Shown here: positions 44,501-59,760 of the stretch, piece after piece
Layout: every line of letters begins with the position of its first letter
How positions within the stretch are numbered: the stretch's first letter is position 1
Assembly: GCA_964016885.1 (NCBI GenBank)
Contig: OZ024743.1
Location: 209,622,001 to 209,686,000 of the forward strand
Direction: 5' to 3'
From: Eledone cirrhosa
Lineage: Eukaryota
Length of the DNA stretch: 64,000 bases
The notes under the pieces: generated by a model
Databases searched by the model: none
Told to the model about the DNA's origin: nothing
Seen by the model: only the letters and a program-made list of their open reading frames with translations
Translations under genes and position numbers: made by a program

Positions 44501-47500
44501 TACCATCCTATAGCCACACATGAAAGCTCTTCAATCCATAAGATAAACCTCCGTTTACCATCCAATAGCCACAGATGAAAGCTCTTCACTCCATAAGATA
44601 TACCACAGTTTACCATCCTATAGCCACACATGAAAGCTCTTCACTCCATAAGATATACCACAGTTTACCATCCTATAGCCACACATGAAAGCTCTTCACT
44701 CCATAAGATATACCACAGTTTACCATCCTATGGCCACACATGAAAGCTCTTCACCCCATAAGATATACCACAGTTTACCATCCTATAGGCACACATGTAA
44801 GCTCTTCACTCCATAAGATATACCACAGTTTACCATCCTATAGCCACACATGAAAGCTCTTCACTCCATAAGATATACCACTCTTTACCATCCTATGGCC
44901 ACACATGAAAGCTCTTCACTCCATAAGATATACCACAGTTTACCATCCTATAGCCAGATGAAAGCTCTTCACTCCATAAAATATACCACAGTTTACCATC
45001 CTATAGCCACACATGAAAGCTCTTCACTCCATAAGATATACCACAGTTTACCATGATATAGCCACAGATGAAAGCTCTTCACTCCATAAGATATACCACA
45101 GTTTACAATCCTATAGCCAGAGATGAAAGCTCTTCACTCCATGAGATATACCACAGTTTACCATCCTATAGCCACAGATGAATGCTCTTCACTCCATGAG
45201 ATATACCACAGTTTACCATCCTATAGCCACAGATGAAAGCTCTTCACTCCATAAGATATACCACAGTTTACCATCCTATAGCCACACATGAAAGCTCTTC
45301 ACTCCATAAGATAAACCTCCGTTTACCATCCAATAGCCACAGATGAAAGCTCTTCACTCCATAAGATATACCACAGTTTACCATCCTATAGCCACACATG
45401 AAAGCTCTTCACTCCATAAGATATACCACAGTTTACCATCCTATAGCCACACATGAAAGCTCTTCACTCCATAAGATATACCACAGTTTACCATCCTATG
45501 GCCACACATGAAAGCTCTTCACCCCATAAGATATACCACAGTTTACCATCCTATAGGCACACATGTAAGCTCTTCACTCCATAAGATATACCACAGTTTA
45601 CCATCCTATAGCCACACATGAAAGCTCTTCACTCCATAAGATATACCACTCTTTACCATCCTATGGCCACACATGAAAGCTCTTCACTCCATAAGATATA
45701 CCACAGTTTACCATCCTATAGCCAGATGAAAGCTCTTCACTCCATAAAATATACCACAGTTTACCATCCTATAGCCACACATGAAAGCTCTTCACTCCAT
45801 AAGATATACCACAGTTTACCATGATATAGCCACAGATGAAAGCTCTTCACTCCATAAGATATACCACAGTTTACAATCCTATAGCCAGAGATGAAAGCTC
45901 TTCACTCCATGAGATATACCACAGTTTACCATCCTATAGCCACAGATGAATGCTCTTCACTCCATGAGATATACCACAGTTTACCATCCTATAGCCACAG
46001 ATGAAAGCTCTTCACTCCATAAGATATACCACAGTTTACCATCCTATAGCCACGCCACGGATGAAAGCTCTTCACTCCATCAGATATACCACAGTTTACC
46101 ATCCTATAGCCACAGATGAAAGCTGTTCACTCCATAAGATATACCACAGTTTACCTTCCTATAGCTAGATGAAAGCTCTTCACTCCATAAGATATACCAC
46201 AGTTTACCATCCTATAGCCAGATGAAAGCTCGTCACTCCATAAGATATACCACAGTTTACCATCCTATAGCCACACATGAAAGCTCTTCACTCCATAAGA
46301 TATATCACAGTTTACCATCCTATAGCCACAGATGAAAGCTCTTAACCCCATAAGATATACCACAGTTTACCATCCTATAGCCACACATGAAAGCTCTTCA
46401 CTCCATAAGATATACCACAGTTTACCATCCTATAGCCACACATGAAAGCTCTTCACTCCATAAGATATACCACAGTTTACCATCCTATAGCCACAGATGA
46501 AAGCTCTTCACCCCATAAGATATACCACAGTTTACCATCCTATAGCCACACATGAAAGCTCTTCACCCCATAAGATATACCACAGTTTACCATCCTATTG
46601 CCACACATGAAATTTCTTCACTCGATAAGATATACCACAGTTTACCATCCTATAGCCACACATGAAAGCTCTTCACTCCATAAGATATACCACAGTTTAA
46701 CATCCTATAGCCAGATGAAAGCTCTTCACTCCATAAGATATACGACAGTTTACCATCCTATAGCCACACATGAAAGCTCTTCAATCCATAAGATAAACCT
46801 CCGTTTACCATCCAATAGCCACAGATGAAAGCTCTTCACTCCATAAGATATACCACAGTTTACCATCCTATAGCCACACATGAAAGCTCTTCACTCCATA
46901 AGATATACCACAGTTTACCATCCTATAGCCACACATGAAAGCTCTTCACTCCATAAGATATACCACAGTTTACCATCCTATGGCGACAGATGAAAGCTCT
47001 TCACCCCATAAGATATACCACAGTTTACCATCCTATAGGCACACATGTAAGCTCTTCACTCCATAAGATATACCACAGTTTACCATCCTATAGCCACACA
47101 TGAAAGCTCTTCACTCCATAAGATATACCACTCTTTACCATCCTATGGCCACACATGAAAGCTCTTCACTCCATAAGATATACCACAGTTTACCATCCTA
47201 TAGCCAGATGAAAGCTCTTCACTCCATAAAATATACCACAGTTTACCATACTATAGCCACACATGAAAGCGCTTCACTCCATAAGATATACCACAGTTTA
47301 CCATGATATAGCCACAGATGAAAGCTCTTCACTCCATAAGATATACCACAGTTTACAATCCTATAGCCAGAGATGAAAGCTCTTCACTCCATGAGATATA
47401 CCACAGTTTACCATCCTATAGCCACAGATGAATGCTCTTCACTCCATGAGATATACCACAGTTTACCATCCTATAGCCACAGATGAAAGCTCTTCACTCC

Positions 47501-49340
47501 ATAAGATATACCACAGTTTACCATCCTATAGCCACAGATGAAAGCTGTTCACTCCATAAGATATACCACAGTTTACCTTCCTATAGCTAGATGAAAGCTC
47601 TTCACTCCATAAGATATACCACAGTTTACTATCCTATAGCCAGATGAAAGCTTGTCACTCCATAAGATATACCACAGTTTACCATCCTATAGCCACAGAT
47701 GAAAGCTCTTCACCCCATAAGATATACCACAGTTTACCATCCTATAGCCACACATGAAAGCTCTTCACTCCATAAGATATATCACAGTTTATCATCCTAT
47801 AGCCACAGATGAAAGCTCTTAACCCCATAAGATATACCACAGTTTACCATCCTATAGCCACACATGAAAGCTCTTCACTCCATAAGATATACCACAGTTT
47901 ACCATCCTATAGCCACACATGAAAGCTCTTCACTCCATAAGATATACCACAGTTTACCATCCTATAGTCACAGATGAAAGCTCTTCACCCCATAAGATAT
48001 ACCACAGTTTACCATCCTATAGCCACCCATGAAAGCTCTTCACCCCATAAGATATACCACAGTTTACCATCCTATTGCCACACATGAAATTTCTTCACTC
48101 GATAAGATATACCACAGTTTACCATCCTATAGCCACACATGAAAGCTCTTCACTCCATAAGATATACCACAGTTTAACATCCTATAGCCAGATGAAAGCT
48201 CTTCACTCCATAAGATATACGACAGTTTACCATCCTATAGCCACACATGAAAGCTCTTCAATCCATAAGATAAACCTCCGTTTACCATCCAATAGCCACA
48301 GATGAAAGCTCTTCACTCCATAAGATATACCACAGTTTACCATCCTATAACCACACATGAAAGCTCTTCACTCCATAAGATATACCACAGTTTACCATCC
48401 TATAGCCACACATGAAAGCTCTTCACTCCATAAGATATACCACAGTTTACCATCCTATGGCCACACATGAAAGCTCTTCACCCCATAAGATATACCACAG
48501 TTTACCATCCTATAGCCACACATGTAAGCTCTTCACTCCATAAGATATACCACAGTTTACCATCCTATAGCCACACATGAAAGCTCTTCACTCCATAAAA
48601 TATACCACAGTTTACCATCCTATAGCCACACATGAAAGCTCTTCACTCGATAAGATATACCACAGTTTACCATGCTATAGCCACAGATGAAAGCTCTTCA
48701 CTCCATAAGATATACCACAGTTTACAATCCTATAGCCAGAGATGAAAGATCTTCACTCCATGAGATATACCACAGTTTACCATCCTATAGCCACAGATGA
48801 ATGCTCTTCACTCCATGAGATATACCACAGTTTACCATCCTATAGCCACAGATGAAAGCTCTTCACTCCATAAGATATACCACAGTTTACCATCCTATAG
48901 CCACGCCACGGATGAAAGCTATTCACTCCATAAGATATACCACAGTTTACCATCCTATAGTCACACATGAAAGCTCTTCACTCCATAAGATATAACACAG
49001 TTTACCATCCTATAGCCAGATGAAAGCTCTTCACTCCATAAGATATACCACAGTTTACCATCCTATAGCCACAGATGAAAGCTCTTCACTCCATAAGATA
49101 TACCACAGTTTACCATCCTATAGCCAGATGAAAGCTCTTCACTCCATAAGATATACCACAGTTTACCACCCTATAGCCACAGATGAAAGCTCTTCACTCC
49201 ATGAGATATACCACAGTTTATCATCCTATAGCCACGCCACGGAAGAAAGCTCTTCACTCCATAAGATATACCACAGTTTACCATCATATAGCCACAGATG
49301 AAAGCTCTTCACTCCATAAGATATACCACTGTTTACCATC
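38600..49340 (+). repeat. Higher-order tandem duplication, about 5.0 kb unit built from about 1.45 kb subunits; the second copy has an internal 768-bp duplication
   Basis: Offset is 4989 (39359/44348, 39861/44850), then 5757 = 4989+768 (40841/46598), then 5812-5813. The subunit marker GATAAACCTCCG...CCAATAG recurs at spacings of 1482, 1422 and 1477. Confidence 0.93.
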
Positions 49341-52300
49341 CTATAGCCACAGATGAAAGCTGTTCACTCCATAAGATATACCACAGTTTACCATCCTATA
49401 GCCACACATGAAAGCTCTTCACTCCATAAGATATACCACAGTTTACCATCCTATAGCCACACATGAAAGCTCTTTACTCCATGAGATATCCCACAGTTTA
49501 CCATCATATAGCAACACATGAAAGCTCTTCACTCCATAAGATATACCACAGTTTACCATCATATAGCCAGATGAAAGCTCTTCACTCCATAAGATATACC
49601 ACAGTTTACCATCCTATAGCCACAGATGAAAGCTGTTCACTCCATAAGATATACCACAGTTTACCATCCTATAGCCACAGATGAAAGCTGTCCACTCCAT
49701 AAGATATACCACAGTTTACAATCCTATAGCCACAGATGAAAGCTCCTCACTCCATAAGATATACCACAGTTGACCATCCTATAGCCACAGATGAAAGCTG
49801 TTCACTCCATAAGATATACCACAGTTTACCATCCTATAGCCAGATGAAAGCTCTTCACTCCATCAGATATACCACAGTTTACCATCCTATAGCCACAAAT
49901 GAAAGCTCTTCACTCCATAAGATATACCACAGTTTACCATCCTATAGCCACACATGACAGCTCTTCACTCCATAAGATATACCACAGTTTACCATCCTAT
50001 GGCCACACATGAAAGCTCTTCACCCCATAAGATATACCACAGTTTACCATCCTATAGCCACACATGAAAGCTCTTCACTCCATAAGTTATACCACAGTTT
50101 ACCATCCTATAGCCACAGATGAAAGTTCTTCACTCCATAAGATGTACCACAATTTACAATCCTATAGCCAGAGATGAAAGCTCTTCACTCCATGAGATAT
50201 ACCACAGTTTACCATCCTATAGCCACAGATGAATGCTCTTCACTCCATAAGATATACCACAGTTTACCATCCTATAGCCACAGATGAATGCTCCTAACCC
50301 CATAATATATACCACAGTTTACCATCCTATAGCCACACATGAAAGCTCTTCACCCCATAAGATATACCACAGTTTACCATTCTATTGCCACACATGAAAG
50401 TTCTTCACTCGATAAGATATACCACAGTTTACCATCCTATAGCCACACATGAAAGCTCTTCACTCCATAAGATATACCACAGTTTACCATCCTATAGCCA
50501 GATGAAAGCTCTTCACTCCATAAGATATACGACAGTTTACCATCCTATAGCCACACATGAAAGCTCTTCAATCCATAAGATATACCTCAGTTTACCATCT
50601 TATAGCCACAGATGAAAGCTCTTCACTCCATAAGATATACCACAGTTTACCATCCTATAGCCACACATGAAAGCTCTTCACGCCATAAGATATACCTCAG
50701 TTTACCATCCTATAGCCACAGATGAAAGCTCTTCACTCCATAAGATATACCACAGTTTACCATCCTATAGCCACACATGAGCGCTCTTCACTCCATAAGA
50801 TATACCACAGTTTACCATCCTATAGCCACAGATGAAAGCTCTTCACTCCATAAGATATACCACAGTTTACCATCCTATGGCCACACATGAAAGCTCTTCA
50901 CCCCATAAGATATACCTCAGTTTACCATCCTATAGCCACAGATGAAAGCTCTTCACTCCATAAGATATACCACAGTTTACCATCCTATAGCCACACATGA
51001 GAGCTCTTCACTCCATAAGATATACCACAGTTTACCATCCTATAGCCACACATGAAAGCTCTTCACTCCATAAGACATACCACAGTTTACCATCCTATGG
51101 CCACACATGAAAGCTCTTCACCCCATAAGATATACCACAGTTTACCATCCTATAGCCACACATGTAAGCTCTTCACTCCATAAGATATACCACAGTTTAC
51201 CATCCTATAGCCACACATGAAAGCTCTTCACTCCATAAGATATACCACTCTTTACCATCCTATGGCCACACATGAAAGCTCTTCACTCCATAAGATATAC
51301 CACAGTTTACCTTCCTATAGCCAGATGAAAGCTCTTCACTCCAAAGAATATACCACAGTTTACCATCCTATAGCCACACATGAAAGCTCTTCACTCCATG
51401 AGATATACCACAGTTTACCATCCTATAGCCACGCCACGGATGAAAGCTCTTCACTCCATAAGATATACCACAGTTTACTATCCTATAGCCACAGATGAAA
51501 GCTCTTCACTCCATAAGATATACCACAGTTTACCATCCTATGGCCACAGATGAAAGCTCTTCACTCCATAAGATATACCACAGTTTACCATCCTATAGCG
51601 ACAGATGAAAGCTCTTCACCCCATAAGATATACCACAGTTTACCATCCTATAGCCACACATGAAAGCTCTTCACCCCATAAGATATACCACAGTTTACCA
51701 TCCTATTGCCACACATGAAAGCTCTTCACTCCATAAGATATACCACAGTTTACCATCCTATAGCCACACATGAAAGCTCTTCACTCCATAAGATATACCA
51801 CAGTTTAACATCCTATAGCCAGATGAAAGCTCTTCACTCCATAAGATATACGACAGTTTACCATCCTATAGCCACACATGAAAGCTCTTCAATCCATAAG
51901 ATAAACCTCCGTTTACCATCCAATAGCCACAGATGAAAGCTCTTCACTCCATAAGATATACCACAGTTTACCATCCTATAGCCACACATGAAAGCTCTTC
52001 ACTCCATAAGATATACCACAGTTTACCATCCTATAGCCACACATGAAAGCTCTTCACTCCATAAGATATACCACTGTTTACCATCCTATGGCCACACATG
52101 AAAGCTCTTCACCCCATAAGATATACCACAGTTTACCATCCTATAGGCACACATGTAAGCTCTTCACTCCATAAGATATACCACAGTTTACCATCCTATA
52201 GCCACACATGAAAGCTCTTCACTCCATAAGATATACCACTCTTTACCATCCTATGGCCACACATGAAAGCTCTTCACTCTATAAGATATACCACAGTTTA

Positions 52301-55300
52301 CCATCCTATAGCCAGATGAAAGCTCTTCACTCCATAAAATATACCACAGTTTACCATACTATAGCCACACATGAAAGCTCTTCACTCCATAAGATATACC
52401 ACAGTTTACCATGATATAGCCACAGATGAAAGCTCTTCACTCCATAAGATATACCACAGTTTACAATCCTATAGCCAGAGATGAAAGCTCTTCACTCCAT
52501 GAGATATACCACAGTTTACCATCCTATAGCCACAGATGAATGCTCTTCACTCCATGAGATATACCACAGTTTACCATCCTATAGCCACAGATGAAAGCTC
52601 TTCACTCCATAAGATATACCACAGTTTACCATCCTATAGCCACAGATGAAAGATGTTCACTCCATAAGATATACCACAGTTTACCTTCCTATAGCTAGAT
52701 GAAAGCTCTTCACTCCATAAGATATACCACAGTTTACTATCCTATAGCCAGATGAAAGCTCGTCACTCCATAAGATATACCACAGTTTACCATCCTATAG
52801 CCACAGATGAAAGCTCTTCACCCCATAAGATATACCACAGTTTACCATCCTATAGCCACACATGAAAGCTCTTCACTCCATAAGATATATCACAGTTTAT
52901 CATCCTATAGCCACAGATGAAAGCTCTTAACCCCATAAGATATACCACAGTTTACCATCCTATAGCCACACATGAAAGCTCTTCACTCCATAAGATATAC
53001 CACAGTTTACCATCCTATAGCCACACATGAAAGCTCTTCACTCCATAAGATATACCACAGTTTACCATCCTGTAGTCACAGATGAAAGCTCTTCACCCCA
53101 TAAGATATACCACAGTTTACCATCCTATAGCCACCCATGAAAGCTCTTCACCCCATAAGATATACCACAGTTTACCATCCTATTGCCACACATGAAATTT
53201 CTTCACTCGATAAGATATACCACAGTTTACCATCCTATAGCCACACATGAAAGCTCTTCACTCCATAAGATATACCACAGTTTAACATCCTATAGCCAGA
53301 TGAAAGCTCTTCACTCCATAAGATATACGACAGTTTACCATCCTATAGCCACACATGAAAGCTCTTCAATCCATAAGATAAACCTCCGTTTACCATCCAA
53401 TAGCCACAGATGAAAGCTCTTCACTCCATAAGATATACCACAGTTTACCATCCTATAACCACACATGAAAGCTCTTCACTCCATAAGATATACCACAGTT
53501 TACCATCCTATAGCCACACATGAAAGCTCTTCACTCCATAAGATATACCACAGTTTACCATCCTATGGCCACACATGAAAGCTCTTCACCCCATAAGATA
53601 TACCACAGTTTACCATCCTATAGCCACACATGTAAGCTCTTCACTCCATAAGATATACCACAGTTTACCATCCTATAGCCACACATGAAAGCTCTTCACT
53701 CCATAAAATATACCACAGTTTACCATCCTACAGCCACACATGAAAGCTCTTCACTCCATAAGATATACCACAGTTTACCATGCTATAGCCACAGATGAAA
53801 GCTCTTCACTCCATAAGATATACCACAGTTTACAATCCTATAGCCAGAGATGAAAGATCTTCACTCCATGAGATATACCACAGTTTACCATCCTATAGCC
53901 ACAGATGAATGCTCTTCACTCCATGAGATATACCACAGTTTACCATCCTATAGCCACAGATGAAAGCTCTTCACTCCATAAGATATACCACAGTTTACCA
54001 TCCTATAGCCACGCCACGGATGAAAGCTATTCACTCCATAAGATATACCACAGTTTACCATCCTATAGTCACACATGAAAGCTCTTCACTCCATAAGATA
54101 TAACACAGTTTACCATCCTATAGCCAGATGAAAGCTCTTCACTCCATAAGATATACCACAGTTTACCATCCTATAGCCACAGATGAAAGCTCTTCACTCC
54201 ATAAGATATACCACAGTTTACCATCATATAGCCACAGATGAAAGCTCTTCACTCCATAAGATATACCACTGTTTACCATCCTATAGCCACAGATGAAAGC
54301 TGTTCACTCCATAAGATATACCACAGTTTACCATCCTATAGCCACACATGAAAGCTCTTCACTCCATAAGATATAACACAGTTTACCATCCTATAGCCAC
54401 ACATGAAAGCTCTTTACTCCATGAGATATCCCACAGTTTACCATCATATAGCAACACATGAAAGCTCTTCACTCCATAAGATATACCACAGTTTACCATC
54501 ATATAGCCAGATGAAAGCTCTTCACTCCATAAGATATACCACAGTTTACCATCCTATAGCCACAGATGAAAGCTGTTCACTCCATAAGATATACCACAGT
54601 TTACCATCCTATAGCCACAGATGAAAGCTGTCCACTCCATAAGATATACCACAGTATACAATCCTATAGCCACAGATGAAAGCTCTTCACTCCATAAGAT
54701 ATACCACAGTTGACCATCCTATAGCCACAGATGAAAGCTGTTCACTCCATAAGATATACCACAGTTTACCATCCTATAGCCTGATGAAAGCTCTTCACTC
54801 CATCAGATATACCACAGTTTACCATCCTATAGCCACAAATGAAAGCTCTTCACTCCATAAGATATACCACAGTTTACCATCCTATAGCCACACATGACAG
54901 CTCTTCACTCCATAAGATATACCACAGTTTACCATCCTATGGCCACACATGAAAGCTCTTCACCCCATAAGATATACCACAGTTTACCATCCTATAGCCA
55001 CACATGAAAGCTCTTCACTCCATAAGTTATACCACAGTTTACCATCCTATAGCCACAGATGAAAGTTCTTCACTCCATAAGATGTACCACAGTTTACAAT
55101 CCTATAGCCAGAGATGAAAGCTCTTCACTCCATGAGATATACCACAGTTTACCATCCTATAGCCACCGATGAATGCTCTTCACTCCATAAGATATACCAC
55201 AGTTTACCATCCTATAGCCACATATGAAAGCTCCTAACCCCATAATATATACCACAGTTTACCATCCTATAGCCACACATGAAAGCTCTTCACCCCATAA

Positions 55301-56470
55301 GATATACCACAGTTTACCATTCTATTGCCACACATGAAAGTTCTTCACTCGATAAGATATACCACAGTTTACCATCCTATAGCCACACATGAAAGCTCTT
55401 CACTCCATAAGATATACCACAGTTTACCATCCTATAGCCAGATGAAAGCTCTTCACTCCATAAGATATACGACAGTTTACCATCCTATAGCCACACATGA
55501 AAGCTCTTCAATCCATAAGATATACCTCAGTTTACCATCTTATAGCCACAGATGAAAGCTCTTCACTCCATAAGATATACCACAGTTTACCATCCTATAG
55601 CCACACATGAAAGCTCTTCACGCCATAAGATATACCTCAGTTTACCATCCTATAGCCACAGATGAAAGCTCTTCACTCCATAAGATATACCACAGTTTAC
55701 CATCCTATAGCCACACATGAGCGCTCTTCACTCCATAAGATATACCACAGTTTACCATCCTATAGCCACAGATGAAAGCTCTTCACTCCATAAGATATAC
55801 CACAGTTTACCATCCTATGGCCACACATGAAAGCTCTTCACCCCATAAGATATACCTCAGTTTACCATCCTATAGCCACAGATGAAAGCTCTTCACTCCA
55901 TAAGATATACCACAGTTTACCATCCTATAGCCACACATGAGAGCTCTTCACTCCATAAGATATACCACAGTTTACCATCCTATAGCCACACATGAAAGCT
56001 CTTCACTCCATAAGATATACCACAGTTTACCATCCTATGGCCACACATGAAAGCTCTTCACCCCATAAGATATACCACAGTTTACCATCCTATAGCCACA
56101 CATGAGCGCTCTTCACTCCATAAGATATACCACAGTTTACCATCCTATAGCCACAGATGAAAGCTCTTCACTCCATAAGATATACCACAGTTTACCTTCC
56201 TATAGCCAGATGAAAGCTCTTCACTCCAAAGAATATACCACAGTTTACCATCCTATAGCCACACATGAAAGCTCTTCACTCCATGAGATATACCACAGTT
56301 TACCATCCTATAGCCACGCCACGGATGAAAGCTCTTCACTCCATAAGATATACCACAGTTTACTATCCTATAGCCACAGATGAAAGCTCTTCACTCCATA
56401 AGATATACCACAGTTTACCATCCTATGGCCACAGATGAAAGCTCTTCACTCCATAAGATATACCACAGTT
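46500..56470 (+). repeat. Higher-order tandem duplication, about 4.9-5.1 kb unit overlapping the previous one
   Basis: Offsets are 5108 (48075/53183), 4940 (49463/54403, 50385/55325) and 4885 (51217/56102). Shared rare variants include GATGTACC, CTCCTAACCCCATAATAT and CCAAAGAATA. Confidence 0.92.
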
Positions 56471-57529
56471 TACCATCCTATAGCCACACATGAAAGCCCT
56501 TCACTCCATGAGATATACCACAGTTTACCATCCTATAGCAACAGATGAATGCTCTTCACTCCATGAGATATAACACAGTTTACCATCCTATAGCCACAGA
56601 TGAAAGCTCTTCACTCCATAAGATATACCACAGTTTACAATCATATAGCCACAGATGAAAGCTCTTCACTCCATAAGATATACCACTGTTTACCATCCTA
56701 TAGCCACAGATGAAAGCTGTTCACTCCATAAGATATACCACAGTTTACCATCCTATAGCCACACATGAAAGCTCTTCACTCCATAAGATATACCACAGTT
56801 TACCATCCTATAGCCACACATGAAAGCTCTTTACTCCATAAGATATCCCACATTTTACCATCATATAGCCACACATGAAAGCTCTTCACTCCATAAGATA
56901 TACCACAGTTTACCATCATATAGCCAGATGAAAGCTCTTCACTCCATAAGATATACCACAGTTTACCATCCTATAGCCACAGATGAAAGCTGTCCACAAC
57001 ATAAGATATACCACAGTTTACCATCCTATAGCCACACATGAAAGCTCTTCACTCCATAAGATATACCACAGTTTACCATCCTATAGCCACACATGAAAGT
57101 TCTTCACTCCATAAGATATACCACAGTTTACCATCCTATGGCCACACATGAAAGCTCTTCACCCCATAAGATATACCACAGTTTACCATCCTATAGCCAC
57201 AAGTGTAATCTCTTCACTCCATAAGATATACCACAGTTTACCATCCTATAGCCACACATGACAGCTCTTCACTCCATAAGATATACCACAGTTTACCATC
57301 CTATAGCCAGATGAAAGCTCTTCACTCCATAAAATATACCACAGTTTACCATCCTATAGCCACACATGAAAGCTCTTCACTCCATAGGATATACCACAGT
57401 TTACCATCCTATAGCCACAGATGAAAGCTCTTCACTCCATAAGATATACTACAGTTTACAATCCTATAGCCAGAGATGAAAGCTCTTCACTCCATGAGAT
57501 ATACCACACTTTACCATCCTATAGCCACA

Positions 57530-59760
57530 GATGAATGCTCTTCACTCCATGAGATATACCACAGTTTACCATCCTATAGCCACAGATGAAAGCTCTTCAC
57601 TTCATAAGATATACAACAGTTTACCATCCTATAGCCACACATGAAAGCTCTTCACTCCATAAGATATACCACAGTTTACCATCCTATAGCCACGCCACGG
57701 ATGAAAGCTATTCACTCCATAAGATATACCACAGTTTACCATCCTATAGTCACACATGAAAGCTCTTCACTCCATAAGATATAACACAGTTTACCATCCT
57801 ATAGCCAGATGAAAGCTCTTCACTCCATAAGATATACCACAGTTTACCATCCTATAGCCACAGATGAAAGCTCTTCACTCCATAAGATATACCACAGTTT
57901 ACCATCCTATAGCCACAGATGAAAGCTCTTCACTCCATAAGATATACCATTGTTTACCATCCTATAGCCACAGATGAAAGTTGTTCACTCCATAAGATAT
58001 ACCACAGTTTACCATCCTATAGCCACAGATGAAAGCTCTTCACTCCATAAGATATACCACACTTTACCATCCTATAGCCACACATGAAAGCTCTTTACTC
58101 CATAAGATATCCCACAGTTTACCATCATATAGCCACACATGAAAGCTCTTCACTCCATAAGATATAACACAGTTTACCATCATATAGCCAGATGAAAGCT
58201 CTTCACTCCATAAGATATACCACAGTTTACCATCCTATAGCCACAGATGAAAGCTGTTCACTCCATAAGATATACCACAGTTTACCATCCTATAGCCACA
58301 GATGAAAGCTCTTCACTCCATAAGATATACCACTGTTTACCATCCTATAGCCACAGATGAAAGTTGTTCACTCCATAAGATATACCACAGTTTACCATCC
58401 TATAGCCACAGATGAAAGCTCTTCACTCCATAAGATATAACACACTTTACCATCCTATAGCCACACATGAAAGCTCTTTACTCCATAAGATATCCCACAG
58501 TTTACCATCATATAGCCACACATGAAAGCTCTTCACTCCATAAGATATACCACAGTTTACCATCATATAGCCAGATGAAAGTTCTTCACTCCATAAAATA
58601 TACCACAGTTTACCATCCTATAGCCACACATGAAAGCTCTTCACTCCATAGGATATACCACAGTTTACCATCCTATAGCCACAGATGAATGCTCTTCACT
58701 CCATGAGATATACCACAGTTTACCATCCTATAGCCACAGATGAAAGCTCTTCACTTCATAAGATATACAACAGTTTACCATCCTATAGCCACACATGAAA
58801 GCTCTTCACTCCATAAGATATACCACAGTTTACCATCCTATAGCCACGCCACGGATGAAAGCTATTCACTCCATAAGATATACCACAGTTTACCATCCTA
58901 TAGTCACACATGAAAGCTCTTCACTCCATAAGATATAACACAGTTTACCATCCTATAGCCAGATGAAAGCTCTTCACTCCATAAGATATACCACAGTTTA
59001 CCATCCTATAGCCACAGATGAAAGCTCTTCACTCCATAAGATATACCACAGTTTACCATCCTATAGCCACAGATGAAAGCTCTTCACTCCATAAGATATA
59101 CCATTGTTTACCATCCTATAGCCACAGATGAAAGTTGTTCACTCCATAAGATATACCACAGTTTACCATCCTATAGCCACAGATGAAAGCTCTTCACTCC
59201 ATAAGATATACCACACTTTACCATCCTATAGCCACACATGAAAGCTATTTACTCTATAAGATATCCCACAGTTTACCATCATATAGCCACACATGAAAGC
59301 TCTTCACTCCATAAGATATACCACAGTTTACCATCATATAGCCAGATGAAAGCTCTTCACTCCATAAGATATACCACAGTTTACCATCCTATAGCCACAG
59401 ATGAAAGCTGTTCACTCCATAAGATATACCACAGTTTACCATCCTATAGCCACAGATGAAAGCTCTTCACTCCATAAGATATACCACTGTTTACCATCCT
59501 ATAGCCACAGATGAAAGTTGTTCACTCCATAAGATATACCACAGTTTACCATCCTATAGCCACAGATGAAAGCTCTTCACTCCATAAGATATAACACACT
59601 TTACCATCCTATAGCCACACATGAAAGCTCTTTACTCCATAAGATATCCCACAGTTTACCATCATATAGCCACACATGAAAGCTCTTCACTCCATAAGAT
59701 ATACCACAGTTTACCATCATATAGCCAGATGAAAGCTCTTCACTCCATAAGATATACCAC
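57530..59760 (+). repeat. Tandem duplication at 1154-bp spacing with a nested 383-bp (7-monomer) duplication
   Basis: ATGAATGC at 57531/58685 and ORFs 58467/59621 give 1154. TTGTTC at 57981/58364 and ORFs 59238/59621 give 383 = 6x55+53. Confidence 0.88.
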
